Shown piece after piece: positions 43,430 through 55,135 of a stretch of 64,000 bases of DNA. The stretch is from Thermoanaerobaculia bacterium (GTDB lineage: Bacteria > Acidobacteriota > Thermoanaerobaculia > UBA5066): contig CAWEJK010000009.1 in assembly GCA_963809425.1 (NCBI GenBank), positions 77,228 through 141,227 on the forward strand, in the 5' to 3' direction. Position numbers and translations under genes: made by a program. Each line of letters begins with the position of its first letter. Position 1 is the first letter of the stretch. The notes under the pieces were generated by a model. That model saw nothing but the letters and a program-made list of their open reading frames with translations. It made no database searches and had not been told where the DNA came from.

Positions 43430-44425
43430 CTAGACCATCCGGAAGGCGGCGCCCGCCATGTTGTACCCGACGCCGGACGCGACGAAGACGACGAGGTCTC
43501 CGGTCTTGATCTTCCCGACGGCGCGCGCGTCGTCCAGCGCCATCGCGACGCTCGCCGAGCCGGTGTACCCCCACTTGTCCATCACCATGTGCGTCTTCTC
43601 CATCGGCAGTCCGAGATCCTTCATGACGATCTCGATCGTCGGACGGCGCACCTGTGTCAGGAGGAGCATGTCGACGTCGGCGACCGCAAACCCGCCGTCC
43701 GCCGCCATCTGGCGCACGAGCTTCGGCCAGCCCTCGTTGTTGAGCTCGGGCGGATAGCGCTCGACGAGCTTGACGGACGTGCGTCCCGCCTTGACGGACT
43801 CGACCGAAGCCGGCTCGTCCGTGCCGCCGGAGAGGATCGCCCAGTTGCGGTTGTACGACCCGTCGGCCCGGAAGCCGGACGCGACGAAGCCGGGCGTGTC
43901 GGAGGGCTCGAGCACGGCCGCGCCCGCGCCGTCCCCGAAGAAGAAGATCATCGGGTCGTTCGGGTCCGTGAGCTTGTGCATCATGTACGCCCCGATCGCG
44001 ACCACCGTCTTCAGGCCCTTGTTCGTCGCGATGAGGCCCGCGGCCGTCGCGAGGCAGGTCGGGAACGACGCGCACGCGCAGCCGACGTCGAACGTCCCCG
44101 CGTTTTTCGCGCCGAGCTTGTGCTGGACGACGACGGACGTCGCCGGCGTGACGAAGTCCGGCGAGTCCGTGCCGAGAAGAATGAGGTCGACGTCGAGAGG
44201 CGTCTTCCCCGCCGCGTCGAGCGCCTTTCGGGCCGCGCGGACGGCGAGGTCGGACGTCGCCCAGTCGGGCGGCGCGTACCAGCGGGTCTTGATGCCGCTG
44301 CCCGCCTCCATCTTGTCGACGAACTCCGGCACCGTCGCGTCGAAGCGCGCCCTCAGGGCGTCGTTCGACACCTCGATCTCCGGCACGTACGAGCCGGTGG
44401 AGACGATCCGGGACGACCGGCTCAC
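43430..44425 (-). CDS. fabH: 3-oxoacyl-ACP synthase III (FabH-like KAS III)
   Basis: IVSTGSYVPE, active-site Cys in DVGCACASF, FGDGAGAAVL, SGVGYNMAGAAF. GTGA overlap with the fabG stop. Confidence 0.85.
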   Translation of the reverse strand: MSRSSRIVSTGSYVPEIEVSNDALRARFDATVPEFVDKMEAGSGIKTRWYAPPDWATSDLAVRAARKALDAAGKTPLDVDLILLGTDSPDFVTPATSVVVQHKLGAKNAGTFDVGCACASFPTCLATAAGLIATNKGLKTVVAIGAYMMHKLTDPNDPMIFFFGDGAGAAVLEPSDTPGFVASGFRADGSYNRNWAILSGGTDEPASVESVKAGRTSVKLVERYPPELNNEGWPKLVRQMAADGGFAVADVDMLLLTQVRRPTIEIVMKDLGLPMEKTHMVMDKWGYTGSASVAMALDDARAVGKIKTGDLVVFVASGVGYNMAGAAFRMV

Positions 44426-45186
44426 GTTCCGAGCACCAGGCCGCCGTCGACGGAAAGCGTCGCGCCGTGCACGAACGAGGCGGCGTCGGACGCGAGCCAG
44501 AAGTACGCCTCCGCGATGTCCTCGGGCCTGCCCATCCGGCCGACGGGGGTCTTCGCGACCATCCCCGCGATGACCTTCTCCGGCATCGCCTTGATGATGT
44601 CCGTCGCGACGAACCCGGGCGCGACCGCGTTCACGCGGATGCCGAACTTCCCGAGCTCGCGGGCCCAGGTCCGGGTGAACGAGATGACGCCCGCCTTCGT
44701 CGCGGCGTAGTTCGTCTGGCCGAAGTTGCCGTAGAGGCCGACGACGGAGGACGCGTTCAGGATGACGCCGCTCCCCTGCCTGATCATGTGCGGAGCCGCG
44801 GCGCGCGCGCAGTGGAACACTCCCCTGAGGTTGACCGCGATGACCTTGTCGAAGTCGGCGTCCGCCATCGTCGACGCGACGGTGCCGTCCTTCCACTTGA
44901 CGAGCTGGGAGTCGCGCACGATTCCCGCGTTGTTCACGAGGACGTCGACGCGGCCGAAGCGGGCGACGACGTCCGCGACGGCCTTTTCGACCGCCGCGGA
45001 GTCGGTGACGTCCACCTTCCGTCCCTCGGCGTCGGGCGCGCCGGCCGCTTTGAGCTCGGGGGCGAGCGCGGCGGCACCCGCCTCGTCCACGTCCCACACG
45101 GACACGGCGTCGCCGCCCCGGGCGAACCGGAGCGCCGTGGCGCGGCCGATGCCGGCCGCGCCTCCCGTCACGATGGCGACGCGCAT
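44422..45186 (-). CDS. fabG: 3-oxoacyl-ACP reductase (SDR family)
   Basis: TGGAAGIGRA, NNAG, and YAATKAG, which carries the catalytic YxxxK. Confidence 0.9.
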   Translation of the reverse strand: MRVAIVTGGAAGIGRATALRFARGGDAVSVWDVDEAGAAALAPELKAAGAPDAEGRKVDVTDSAAVEKAVADVVARFGRVDVLVNNAGIVRDSQLVKWKDGTVASTMADADFDKVIAVNLRGVFHCARAAAPHMIRQGSGVILNASSVVGLYGNFGQTNYAATKAGVISFTRTWARELGKFGIRVNAVAPGFVATDIIKAMPEKVIAGMVAKTPVGRMGRPEDIAEAYFWLASDAASFVHGATLSVDGGLVLGT

Positions 45187-45188
45187 GG

Positions 45189-47978
45189 TCAGAACGTGAG
45201 CCTGAGACCGAGCTGGACTTCTCGCGGAGCGAGCGTCGCGCTCGCCTTCCCGTAGTTCGGGTTCGGACGCAGGACCGTCGTGGGACTCGTGATCGTCGGG
45301 CCGCCCAGGTTCTGCGCGCCGTCGATCGTCGACACGTCGTAGTTCACGGTGTTGAAGAGGTTGAAGGCCTCGGCGATCACCTCGACGCCCAGGCCGCCGA
45401 AGCCGAACGTCTTCGTGAGCCGGAGGTTGACGTTGCTGTAGCGCGGGCCGTCCTGCCCGAAGCGGTCGACTCCGGCGGCGCGGTCGCCCGTCTTGCCGTC
45501 GCCGTTGAAGTCGTAGCCGATGCGCTGGGTCCAGGGCTGTCCGGCGCCGTACTCGAAGACGGGGGCCACCGAGAGCTCGTACGGGAGGCGGAAGACACCG
45601 GAGAGGACGACACGATAGCGCTCGGCCGAGCGCCCGCGGCCGTAGTCGCCCTCGAGGTTCGCGGGGTCGCTCGGATAGCCGGTCGGAAACTCCGGGCTGA
45701 AGTCGTCGGCGATGTTCTTCTTGCTCGCGAACGTGACGGACGCCGTCACGACGTGGCCGCCCTTGATGGCGCCGTTCAGGCTCAGGACGAGGGCCTTGTA
45801 CTCGGAATGCCCGTCGTTCGTGTACACGTTGACCTGGTCGTACGCGGTGATCGGGCGCAGGTGCGTCGCGTTGCCGCTCCAGTTGATGTCCCGAATGACG
45901 ATCTCGTCGCGGCCCTTGTTGTAGATCCCCTCGACGTCTGCATAGAGGCCCGTCTGGCCGAGCCGCGCCGTGAAGCCGAGCGTCGCCTGCGTGGACTGCG
46001 GGGCCTTCAGGTCCGGCCCGAGAAGCGTGATCGCGGGCTTCGAGGGGATTCCGGTCGTCGTCGGATGCGCCGGATCGAGCGCGAGAGACGGAATGCCGAA
46101 CAGCGCCCCGTTGAGCCGCGTGAACGTGACGCGGCCGCCGACTTCGCCGTTCTGCTGGAGCTCGGTGAACAGCGGTACGAGGAGATAGCGGCCCGTGAAG
46201 ATCCCGACGCCGCCGCGCGCGACGTACTGGCCGGCGCCCGTGAGGTCGTACGAGAAGCCGAGGCGCGGCTGGTAGTTCGTCGTGTCGACCTTGCGGCCGT
46301 TCGGGACGAGGGAGTGGTGGAAGTCCGGATTGTTCGCGTTCAGGTCGACGTCGTAGCGAAGGCCGACCGTGACGGAGAGACGCGACGTCGGCTTCCATTC
46401 GTCCTGGAGGAAGCCCGCGACGCGCGTCGTGTTCGCCGTGACGTCCGCGGAGCCGACCCCATACGCGTACGCGAGCGGAAGCGTCTTGTTGTCGAACACC
46501 CACAGGAACAGGCCGTTCTGGTACGTGTCGATCCGCGAGCGATCCACGACGCGCTGGACGCCCGCGCCGATCTTGACGTCGTGCGTGCCGGTCTTCCCGC
46601 CGAAGTGGAGGTTGAGCGTGTCGCGCAGCTCCCACTGGTTCCCGTCGCCGAGCAGGTCTCCGAGGATGTTCGGACCGGTCTGAAGAGTGTTTCCGCTCGA
46701 GTACCAGTCCGCCGGCACGCCCGTCGAGTTCGTGGGCTCGAAGTACTTGCGGCTGCCGTACTGTCCGCGCAGCTCGTTCACCGCCGTCGGCGCGAGAGTC
46801 GCCGTGTCGCCGAGCGTCACGTTCCAGTTGTCGCGGTTGAGCTCCTGCCCGTACGAGATGTCCGCGACGCCGCCGACGCGGAAGTTGTTCTCACGGTACC
46901 GGTCGTACTCGATCTTCGCCGTGAGCTGGTTCGCGCTCGAGAACGCGTGGTCGACGCTGCCGAAAGCGAGCGTCTGGTGAAACGGGTGCGAGACGTCGGT
47001 CGCCTGGGACACGAAGGCTCCCTGCGGCCGGAAGAGAATCGGCGTCGTGGAGTTGATCTGCTCGATCGACGCGAAGAAATGCGTCTGGTCCTTGACGATC
47101 GGCCCGCCGAGCGTGAATCCGAACTGGTTCCGCTGGTAGTCGATCGTCGTGTCCTGCTCGAGCGCGCCCTTCGCGCGGAGGCCCGCGCCCCGGTAGAACC
47201 CGAAGGCGGAGCCGGCGAGCGTGTTCGTTCCGGTCTTCGTCACGACGTTGATCGCGCCGCCCGCGGAGCCGCCCACCTCGGCGTCGAAGCGGTTCGAGAT
47301 CACGCGGAACTCGCCGATGGCGTCCTGCGAAAACTTCGCTTTCGCGAGACCGAGCGCGGGATCCGTGAAGTCCACGCCGTCCACGAGGATCGTCGACTGG
47401 CTCGCGTTTCCGCCGCCGCCGACGACGGGCCCTCCCGTGATGAAGCGGAAGGCTCCGCGCTCGCGCTCGACGCCGGGCGCGATGAACGCGAGGTTCTGGA
47501 AGTCGCGGTCGGGCGTCGGCAGGTCGCGGATCTGCTCAGGCGAGATGTTCGTCGAGGCGTCCGTCTTGTAGACGTCGACGAGAGGGATCGTCGCGACGAC
47601 GCTCACGGACTCGGTCTTCTGGCCCTGCAGAGTCGCGCTCACCTTGGCGCTCTGGCCGACGAGGAGGACGACCCCCTTCCGCTCGACCGCGACGAAACCG
47701 GAGAGCTTCACGGTCACGTCGTACGTTCCCGGAGGGAGGGCGGGGAAGGACGCCATACCGCCGTTTCCGGTGACGCCCGTCCGGGATAACCCGGTGTCCG
47801 GACGCTTCACTTCGACGGTGGCCCCGGGCATCGGTCCGCCCGAACCGTCCACGGCCACGACGTCGAGCGAGGCCGTCGCGGTCTGCGCGGCGGCGGGGAA
47901 CGACGCGAGCGCCAGAGCCAGCACGCCGGCGAGCGCGAGCCATCCGTGCGCTTTCGCGAACCTCAAGCGATTCACCAT
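45189..47978 (-). CDS. TonB-dependent receptor with N-terminal carboxypeptidase-regulatory-like domain
   Basis: Start at MVNRLRF, with AGGAGGA upstream. Signal peptide, CarboxypepD_reg-like fold, plug domain, beta-barrel ending ...VQLGLRLTF. Confidence 0.9.
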   Translation of the reverse strand: MVNRLRFAKAHGWLALAGVLALALASFPAAAQTATASLDVVAVDGSGGPMPGATVEVKRPDTGLSRTGVTGNGGMASFPALPPGTYDVTVKLSGFVAVERKGVVLLVGQSAKVSATLQGQKTESVSVVATIPLVDVYKTDASTNISPEQIRDLPTPDRDFQNLAFIAPGVERERGAFRFITGGPVVGGGGNASQSTILVDGVDFTDPALGLAKAKFSQDAIGEFRVISNRFDAEVGGSAGGAINVVTKTGTNTLAGSAFGFYRGAGLRAKGALEQDTTIDYQRNQFGFTLGGPIVKDQTHFFASIEQINSTTPILFRPQGAFVSQATDVSHPFHQTLAFGSVDHAFSSANQLTAKIEYDRYRENNFRVGGVADISYGQELNRDNWNVTLGDTATLAPTAVNELRGQYGSRKYFEPTNSTGVPADWYSSGNTLQTGPNILGDLLGDGNQWELRDTLNLHFGGKTGTHDVKIGAGVQRVVDRSRIDTYQNGLFLWVFDNKTLPLAYAYGVGSADVTANTTRVAGFLQDEWKPTSRLSVTVGLRYDVDLNANNPDFHHSLVPNGRKVDTTNYQPRLGFSYDLTGAGQYVARGGVGIFTGRYLLVPLFTELQQNGEVGGRVTFTRLNGALFGIPSLALDPAHPTTTGIPSKPAITLLGPDLKAPQSTQATLGFTARLGQTGLYADVEGIYNKGRDEIVIRDINWSGNATHLRPITAYDQVNVYTNDGHSEYKALVLSLNGAIKGGHVVTASVTFASKKNIADDFSPEFPTGYPSDPANLEGDYGRGRSAERYRVVLSGVFRLPYELSVAPVFEYGAGQPWTQRIGYDFNGDGKTGDRAAGVDRFGQDGPRYSNVNLRLTKTFGFGGLGVEVIAEAFNLFNTVNYDVSTIDGAQNLGGPTITSPTTVLRPNPNYGKASATLAPREVQLGLRLTF

Positions 47979-48033
47979 CTCGTCCTCCTGATGCCGCACA
48001 CGCGGCCAAATCCCGAACACTCGGTATGTTTTG

Positions 48034-48063
48034 ACGATACGAGCGAAGAAAGCGGGCTGTCAA
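48034..48063 (-). promoter_or_regulatory. candidate sigma70-type promoter for the TonB-dependent receptor gene
   Basis: On the minus strand, TTGACA (48063-48058), an 18-nt spacer, then TATCGT (48039-34). This lies about 55 nt upstream of ATG 47978. Confidence 0.45.
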
Positions 48064-48064
48064 G

Positions 48065-48091
48065 CAAAAACTCCCGGCGTTGGCGCCCGGG
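48065..48091 (-). terminator. candidate intrinsic terminator after the TPR gene
   Basis: The minus-strand RNA reads CCCGGGCG-CCAA-CGCCGGG-AG-UUUUU, 12 nt after the TAG at 48103-48105. Confidence 0.5.
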
Positions 48092-48102
48092 TTCGGGGAG
48101 GC

Positions 48103-49965
48103 CTAACGGCGCTCCCGGGACCGCGACCGGCCCCTGTTCGCGAGCTTCTCGGTGAGCTGCAGGTTCCGCCGGATCTGCTCGAGCATCTTGGCCTCGAGGC
48201 CGCGGCCCGCGGACACGCGCGTGTCCCGCCTCTTGGCGCGGCCGAACGCCTGTCGCGCGGCGCGCGCGTCGCCGAGCGCGAGGTACGCGAGGCCGAGATG
48301 CGTGAGACCGGTCGGCGTCTCGCCCAGGTCCGTGGCGCGGCGCAGACACTCGACCGCGCGATCGTATTCGCGACGTTTGTAGTGGACCCACCCCTTGGCC
48401 GCGAGAGGGAACTGGCGCATCTCCTTCGGCGACAGCTTGAGCGAGAGGTCGGCGAGCTCGAGTGCCGCGTCGAGGTCCTCCCCCATCTCCGCGAGCGTGG
48501 AGGCTCGCTGGAAATACGCGATCGAGCGCGCGTAATTGGACTTCACGACGCCGAGCATCTCCTCGGCGACGCGGCTGCCTTCGCGAAATTTTCCCTCGGC
48601 CTTCAGCGCCTCGAGGAGCGTCGTGTACGCCGCGGCCGCGACCATCTCGCCCGGCGCGCGGGAGAGGACCCGGCGCGTCGTGGCGACCGCTTCCGACGTC
48701 CGGCCGACGGCCGAGCACAGGAGCGCGTACGCGATGAGGAGCGTCGGGTTCTCCGGGTCGAGCTTCAGCGCGCGCCGGTACAGCGCCATCGCCTTCTGCG
48801 GGTCGCGCGCCGCGGCCGCCTCCGCCTTGCGCGCGAGCACGGCCGCCTCCCCCGAGACCTTCGGCAGCGCCCGCGCGCCCGAGGGCGCGAGAAGCTTCGA
48901 CGCTTCCTGGTACTCGATGCGGTTCGGATTCAGCTCGAGCGCCGACTGGAACCGCTCGGCCGCCTTCTGCGTCCATCCGCGGTCGAGATAGCAGAGTCCG
49001 AGCTGATAGAGCGCGTCCTCGTCGTCGGGATCGAGCCGCGCGGCCTTCTGAAAAGCCTCGGTCGCCTCCGTGAGGCGGCCGCGCTCGTAGGCGATCGTGC
49101 CGAGGAGCGAGTACGCCTGCGCGTTCTCGTCGATCGTGACGGCTTTCTTCAGGAACGTCTCCGCCCGGGCGAGCTGACCCTTGAGGGCGAAGAGCGCGCC
49201 GAGCGTGAAGTACGGCAGGAACGCGTCCGGCTTGACCGCGACCGCCTCCTTGAGGACTTCGAGCGCGTGGTCGGTTCGACCCGCCTCGTTCTCGAGGACA
49301 CCCGTGTACACGAGCGCGTCGAAGTGCTTCGGCTCCTTCGCGAGCACCGCCCGCAGCATCGACGCGGCGCGATCCGTCTCGCCCTCGTTGAAATACGTCT
49401 CGCCGAGGAAGAACGCGAGATCGGCGTTCCCTTTGTCGAGCCGGTAGGCCTCCTCGAGCACCTTGACCGCCTTGTCCGGGTCGAGCGCGTAGAACGCGAA
49501 CTCCGCATCGGAAAGCAGCCCCTTGAAGCGCTCCCGCCGGTCGCCCGAAAAGCCGCCCAGCATCCTCTCCTTGCGCTCGAGGAAACGCTCGCGCTTCTCC
49601 ATCGCGGTCATGTGATGGTCGACGCGCGTCTCCCAGAGGTCGAGCAGCTCTTCCTCGACGAGGAGGCCCTTCCGCTCGAGCAGGTCCTTCAGGGCGAGAA
49701 GTCCCGTCTGCGCGACGAAGCCGTTCTTCTCCTGTCGATTCAGGGCGTCGAGGAGCATCTTGAGCGTCTCGGCGCTCCGCTTGACGATCTCCTCGAGGAC
49801 GCTCACGCGTTCGAGAAGGTGCTCGTCCATCGAGACGCCCTCTTCCTGCTGCATCCCCTCTTCGTACGCCTCGGACGCTCCCGACACCACGAGGAGCTTG
49901 CTCTGGCACTTCACGCAGTACTCGCGCTCGAGCTCGTTCGAGGCCCCGCAGACCTGGCAGATCAC
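48103..49965 (-). CDS. zinc-ribbon + coiled-coil + multi-TPR repeat protein
   Basis: GTG start in a GTGA overlap with the hbd stop. N-terminal [19 protein letters not shown], then many TPR units. Confidence 0.8.
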   Translation of the reverse strand: MICQVCGASNELEREYCVKCQSKLLVVSGASEAYEEGMQQEEGVSMDEHLLERVSVLEEIVKRSAETLKMLLDALNRQEKNGFVAQTGLLALKDLLERKGLLVEEELLDLWETRVDHHMTAMEKRERFLERKERMLGGFSGDRRERFKGLLSDAEFAFYALDPDKAVKVLEEAYRLDKGNADLAFFLGETYFNEGETDRAASMLRAVLAKEPKHFDALVYTGVLENEAGRTDHALEVLKEAVAVKPDAFLPYFTLGALFALKGQLARAETFLKKAVTIDENAQAYSLLGTIAYERGRLTEATEAFQKAARLDPDDEDALYQLGLCYLDRGWTQKAAERFQSALELNPNRIEYQEASKLLAPSGARALPKVSGEAAVLARKAEAAAARDPQKAMALYRRALKLDPENPTLLIAYALLCSAVGRTSEAVATTRRVLSRAPGEMVAAAAYTTLLEALKAEGKFREGSRVAEEMLGVVKSNYARSIAYFQRASTLAEMGEDLDAALELADLSLKLSPKEMRQFPLAAKGWVHYKRREYDRAVECLRRATDLGETPTGLTHLGLAYLALGDARAARQAFGRAKRRDTRVSAGRGLEAKMLEQIRRNLQLTEKLANRGRSRSRERR

Positions 49966-50837
49966 GTGAGCCTCTCGCCTCCCGGGCCGCCGTAGCGGTA
50001 GAAGCCGCGCCCCGTCTTCCGGCCGTGCCAGCCCGCGTCGACCATCTGCACGAGGAGCGGGCAGGGGCGGTACTTGTCGTCGCCGAGCCCCGCGTGGAGG
50101 ACCCGCAGGATCGCGAGGCACGTGTCGAGGCCGATGAAGTCGGCGAGCGTCAGCGGGCCCATCGGGTGGTTCATGCCGAGCTTCATGATGCCGTCGACCG
50201 CTTCGGGTGTCGCGACCCCCTCGTGGACCGCGAAGAACGCCTCGTTCAGCATCGGCATCAGGATGCGATTCGCGACGAACCCGGGAAAGTCGCGGCACAG
50301 GAGCGGGGTCTTTCCGAGCTCTTTCGCGAGCGCGAGCACGGCCTCCGTCGTCTCGTCCGAGGTCGCGATCCCCCGAATCACCTCGACGAGCGCCATGACG
50401 GGCACGGGATTCATGAAGTGCATGCCGATGAAACGGTCCGGCCTCTTCGTGCCCGCGGCGAGACGCGTGATCGAAATGGACGACGTGTTCGACGCGAGGA
50501 TCGTGAGGGGCGGAACGATGGAATCGAGCCGCGCGAGGAGATCCCGCTTGACGCCTTCGTTCTCGACGATCGCCTCGACGACGAGGCCGGCCTCGGCGAG
50601 CCGCGAAAGGTCGGCCGTCGCGACGATGCGTTGGAGCGCCGCGTCCCGGTCGGAAGCCGGGACTTTGCCCTTCTCGACCTGTCGCGAGAGGTTCTTCTCG
50701 ATTCCCCGGAGCCCTTTTCCGGCGAGGTCGGGCGTCACGTCGACGAGCACGACCTTCTTCCCCGCGAGAGCCGCCACGTGCGCGATGCCCGCTCCCATCT
50801 GTCCGGCGCCCACGACGCCGATCGTTGCCTGTGTCAT
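49962..50837 (-). CDS. hbd: 3-hydroxybutyryl-CoA dehydrogenase
   Basis: [35 protein letters not shown]. Confidence 0.9.
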   Translation of the reverse strand: MTQATIGVVGAGQMGAGIAHVAALAGKKVVLVDVTPDLAGKGLRGIEKNLSRQVEKGKVPASDRDAALQRIVATADLSRLAEAGLVVEAIVENEGVKRDLLARLDSIVPPLTILASNTSSISITRLAAGTKRPDRFIGMHFMNPVPVMALVEVIRGIATSDETTEAVLALAKELGKTPLLCRDFPGFVANRILMPMLNEAFFAVHEGVATPEAVDGIMKLGMNHPMGPLTLADFIGLDTCLAILRVLHAGLGDDKYRPCPLLVQMVDAGWHGRKTGRGFYRYGGPGGERLT

Positions 50838-50887
50838 CGGACAGCTTCTCCTTCGTGGCCCTTCGCGAGGGCCTCGGCCCGAGCCTA

Positions 50888-51880
50888 TCAGGAGGTGGCG
50901 AGCACGAGGCGTCTCTCGCGGGATGCCGCGGCGGCGAGCGCCACGCCGATCCCCGCGAGCGACGCGAGACCCCAGACGAGAGGTCCCGCGTAAGGGACGA
51001 GAGAGGCAAGGCCGAGGAGCAGGAGGCCGGCCGCGAGCGCCGCCGGATCGCCGAAGAGAAGGTCGCCGCGCGTCGCGCCGCGCGTGACGCGGCGGCCCAG
51101 CGCGACGAAGAGCGCCGCGAGACCGAACACCTTTGCCGCGGCGAGCGCGCCGAGCAGCGCGACGCCGAGGACGAGCGCGAATCGGGCCGGCAGAACGGAC
51201 AGCGCGAACGCCGCGAGGAAGACCGCGGTCAGAACCGCGGTCGCTCCGAGCGCGGCGAGGAACGCGAAGCGGCCCCGCAAGCCGTCCGCGGCCCGGAGGA
51301 GGAGGCGGGGCGCGAGGAAGAGCAGACAAAAAGAGACGACGAGCCACGCGAAGAGGAGAAAGAGCCGGAACGAAAGGACGAGAGGCGAGGTCCTGCCGGA
51401 GGTCAGCGGCGAGGTTTCGAGCTCGGAAAGGACCGCCGCCTCGAGCGCCGAGATCGTCCGGACGCGTCCGCCGACCTGCGGATGGCTTCGCGCGGACGCG
51501 GGGATCGAAGAGGTCGAGGAAGAGGAAGAGGAACCGGAGGGATTTTCTGAGAAGGTCAGAGAACCGCCGACCGAGAGGACATCGCCATCGATGATTGCGC
51601 CCCGCTCGATCGTCGCGCTCGCGCCGAGAAGGATGAGATCGCGGTGAATGCGGCCCGACACGACCGCCGAGCCTCCTCCAACGAGGACCGCGCTCCCTCC
51701 CAATTCACCCTCTAAGAGAATCCCCCTTCCGAGAACCACGACATCCCCGGCTCGAATCGTCCCTTTCGGAATGGAAATCGATTCTTCGGCCTCGGCGTTC
51801 GCGCGGAGCGCGAACGCGCCTCCGAGCAGAAAAAGAAAGAGGGGAATCGCCCGCCTGGCTCTCGCGGTCGCGCCGCTCAC
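50888..51880 (-). CDS. membrane protein with bactofilin-like beta-helical (polymer-forming) periplasmic domain
   Basis: Signal/anchor segment, repetitive G-x-V/I-x-G strands ([40 protein letters not shown]...), a poly-Ser linker, and about 5 TM segments. Confidence 0.65.
   Translation of the reverse strand: MSGATARARRAIPLFLFLLGGAFALRANAEAEESISIPKGTIRAGDVVVLGRGILLEGELGGSAVLVGGGSAVVSGRIHRDLILLGASATIERGAIIDGDVLSVGGSLTFSENPSGSSSSSSTSSIPASARSHPQVGGRVRTISALEAAVLSELETSPLTSGRTSPLVLSFRLFLLFAWLVVSFCLLFLAPRLLLRAADGLRGRFAFLAALGATAVLTAVFLAAFALSVLPARFALVLGVALLGALAAAKVFGLAALFVALGRRVTRGATRGDLLFGDPAALAAGLLLLGLASLVPYAGPLVWGLASLAGIGVALAAAASRERRLVLATS
51506..51733. repeat. convergent pair of the AT-rich repeat family in the bactofilin-like gene (51506-51564+, 51693-51733-)
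   Basis: Sequences are cgaagaggtcgaggaagaggaagaggaaccggagggattttctgagaaggtcagagaacc and ctccctcccaattcaccctctaagagaatcccccttccgag. They encode [19 protein letters not shown] and [13 protein letters not shown]. Confidence 0.7.
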
Positions 51881-51889
51881 GCTCGCCCT

Positions 51890-52417
51890 TCAGCCGCGCG
51901 GCGTGCCGGCGAACGCACGCGGGAGCCGCGACGGACGCCGGGAAAGCCGCTGCGCGAGCGCCGCAAACGCGGCGCCCGAGGCGAGGAGGGCTCCCGCGAG
52001 CGCCGGTCGCGTGCCCTGCGTGGCGGACAGCACCGCCGCGAGGGCGTCGGCGAGGTTGGGTATTGCGGCCAGCAGCGCCGGCAGGCCTGCCGTCGTGCCA
52101 GCGGCCATCACCCGCGCCCACATCTCGAGAGCCGTCTGGGGCCCGAGCGACCAGAGAGGGGCTAGAAAAACGGCCAGGCTGGCCGCCAGGAGCCCTGCGG
52201 CCGCCAGGGAGGGCACCCGCCAGGCCCGAGCGCGTCGGACCTCCCAGGGGGCAAAGGGACGCGCAGCCATCACCCGGGCGGTCAGGGAGGCCTCCCAGGA
52301 AGGCGCCGGCGAGCCCATAACACATTCATCCAGAATGAGTTCCAGGCGGCGATCCGCCTCCAGCTCCTCCTTCGAAGGGGGCCGTGCGTCCCGGGCGGGG
52401 GTCGCGCTCTCGTCCAT
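51890..52417 (-). CDS. putative anti-sigma factor (membrane-spanning)
   Basis: Start at MDESATP, 10 nt after the ECF sigma stop. One central TM segment. The call rests on position only. Confidence 0.55.
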   Translation of the reverse strand: MDESATPARDARPPSKEELEADRRLELILDECVMGSPAPSWEASLTARVMAARPFAPWEVRRARAWRVPSLAAAGLLAASLAVFLAPLWSLGPQTALEMWARVMAAGTTAGLPALLAAIPNLADALAAVLSATQGTRPALAGALLASGAAFAALAQRLSRRPSRLPRAFAGTPRG

Positions 52418-52427
52418 CCTGATCCCT

Positions 52428-53009
52428 CTATACGATGTCCCTTGGCAAAAGATCTCGTAACGCCTGCCGCGCCCGGAACAGCTTGTTCTTGACCGTGCCA
52501 AGGGGCATCCCTTTGAGCTCCGCGATCTCCTCGTAGGGCATCTCGCCGTAGTGGCGGAGGCTGATGAGCTCGCGGTAGTCGTCGGGAAGCCGGTCGATCG
52601 CCTCGGCGAGGGCGGCGCGAAGCCGTTGGCGGGTCAGCTCTTCGTGGGGATTCGGGCGGGTTTCGGCGGGGTCCACGGAACGCGCCTCTCCATCCTCGCC
52701 CGGCGGCCGCTCGAGCGGCAGCGTGCGCACCCGGCGCCGCCTGAGATGATCGATTGCGGCGTTGCCGGCGATTCGAAACAGCCATGTCGAGAACTTGAAA
52801 TGCGGATCGAACGAATCGAGGGCGCCGTACACTTTGATGAAGACGTCCTGGGTGACGTCGCGTGCATCCTCGACGTCGTACGTGAAGCGCTCCACGTAAC
52901 GCGACAGGCGGGTCCGGTAGCGGTCCACGAGGACGGCGAACAGCTCGGTCTCGCCCTCGAGAACCAGCCTCACGAGCTCCGCGTCATCCCTGGTTTCCAA
53001 AGATGCCAT
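52428..53009 (-). CDS. RNA polymerase ECF-type sigma factor
   Basis: Region 2 (DVTQDVFIKVY...FSTWLFRIAGNAAIDHLRRR) and region 4 (YEEIAELKGMPLGTVKNKLFRARQAL). Confidence 0.9.
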   Translation of the reverse strand: MASLETRDDAELVRLVLEGETELFAVLVDRYRTRLSRYVERFTYDVEDARDVTQDVFIKVYGALDSFDPHFKFSTWLFRIAGNAAIDHLRRRRVRTLPLERPPGEDGEARSVDPAETRPNPHEELTRQRLRAALAEAIDRLPDDYRELISLRHYGEMPYEEIAELKGMPLGTVKNKLFRARQALRDLLPRDIV

Positions 53010-53089
53010 GATGAGATCGTGTCATATGAACCCGCTTGGGAATGCCTAGAATACCCAGTTGGCCAATGGTTCCCATGAAGGAGGATTCC

Positions 53090-54394
<1,305 letters not shown>

Positions 54395-54403
54395 GATCCG
54401 CAT

Positions 54404-55135
54404 GTGATCCGGTTCGAGAGGGCCGTCAAGCGCTACGGCGACAAGACGGCCCTCGCGGACTTCTCCCTCGAGATCCCGGCCGGCGCGCTCTTCGCGCTCG
54501 TCGGGCCGAACGGCGCCGGCAAGACGACGGCGATCGGCCTCCTCACCGGCCTTCTCTCCCCGACGTCCGGCCGGACCTTTCTCGCGGGAATCGACGTGGC
54601 GCGCGACGCCGTGGCCGCGAAGGGAAAACTGGGATTCGTGCCGGACCGTCCCTACCTCTGGCCGAAGTGGACGCCGCGCGAGACCCTGCGTTTCGTGGGA
54701 GCCGTGTTCGCGCGGCGCGGGCCGGAGCTGGAGGACAGGATCGACGCGGAGCTCGCCGCGTTCGATCTCACGGAGTTTTCGAACCAGCGAAACGAGACGC
54801 TTTCCCACGGGACGCGGCAGCGCGTGGCCCTCGCGCAGGCGTTTCTGCACGACCCGGAGGTTTTCGTCCTCGACGAGCCGATGGTCGGTCTCGATCCGCT
54901 CGCCCAGCGCGGCCTGACGGAACGCCTCGGGGCCCGTGCGGCGGCGGGCGCGACCGTCCTCCTCACGACGCATCAGCTCCAGCTCGCCGAAGAGATCGCA
55001 ACCGTCGCCGGCCTCCTCGTCGACGGGCGACTCGTCGCATGCGGGCCGCCGCGGCGCCTCGTGACGGCGGCCGGCCGCGCGGGCACGCTGTCGGAGATTT
55101 TCTTCGACCTCGCGGGCGGGACGCCGCATCCGTGA
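54404..55135 (+). CDS. ABC transporter ATP-binding protein
   Basis: Walker A GPNGAGKTT, signature LSHGTRQR, Walker B FVLDEPMVGLD. Confidence 0.9.
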   Translation: MIRFERAVKRYGDKTALADFSLEIPAGALFALVGPNGAGKTTAIGLLTGLLSPTSGRTFLAGIDVARDAVAAKGKLGFVPDRPYLWPKWTPRETLRFVGAVFARRGPELEDRIDAELAAFDLTEFSNQRNETLSHGTRQRVALAQAFLHDPEVFVLDEPMVGLDPLAQRGLTERLGARAAAGATVLLTTHQLQLAEEIATVAGLLVDGRLVACGPPRRLVTAAGRAGTLSEIFFDLAGGTPHP

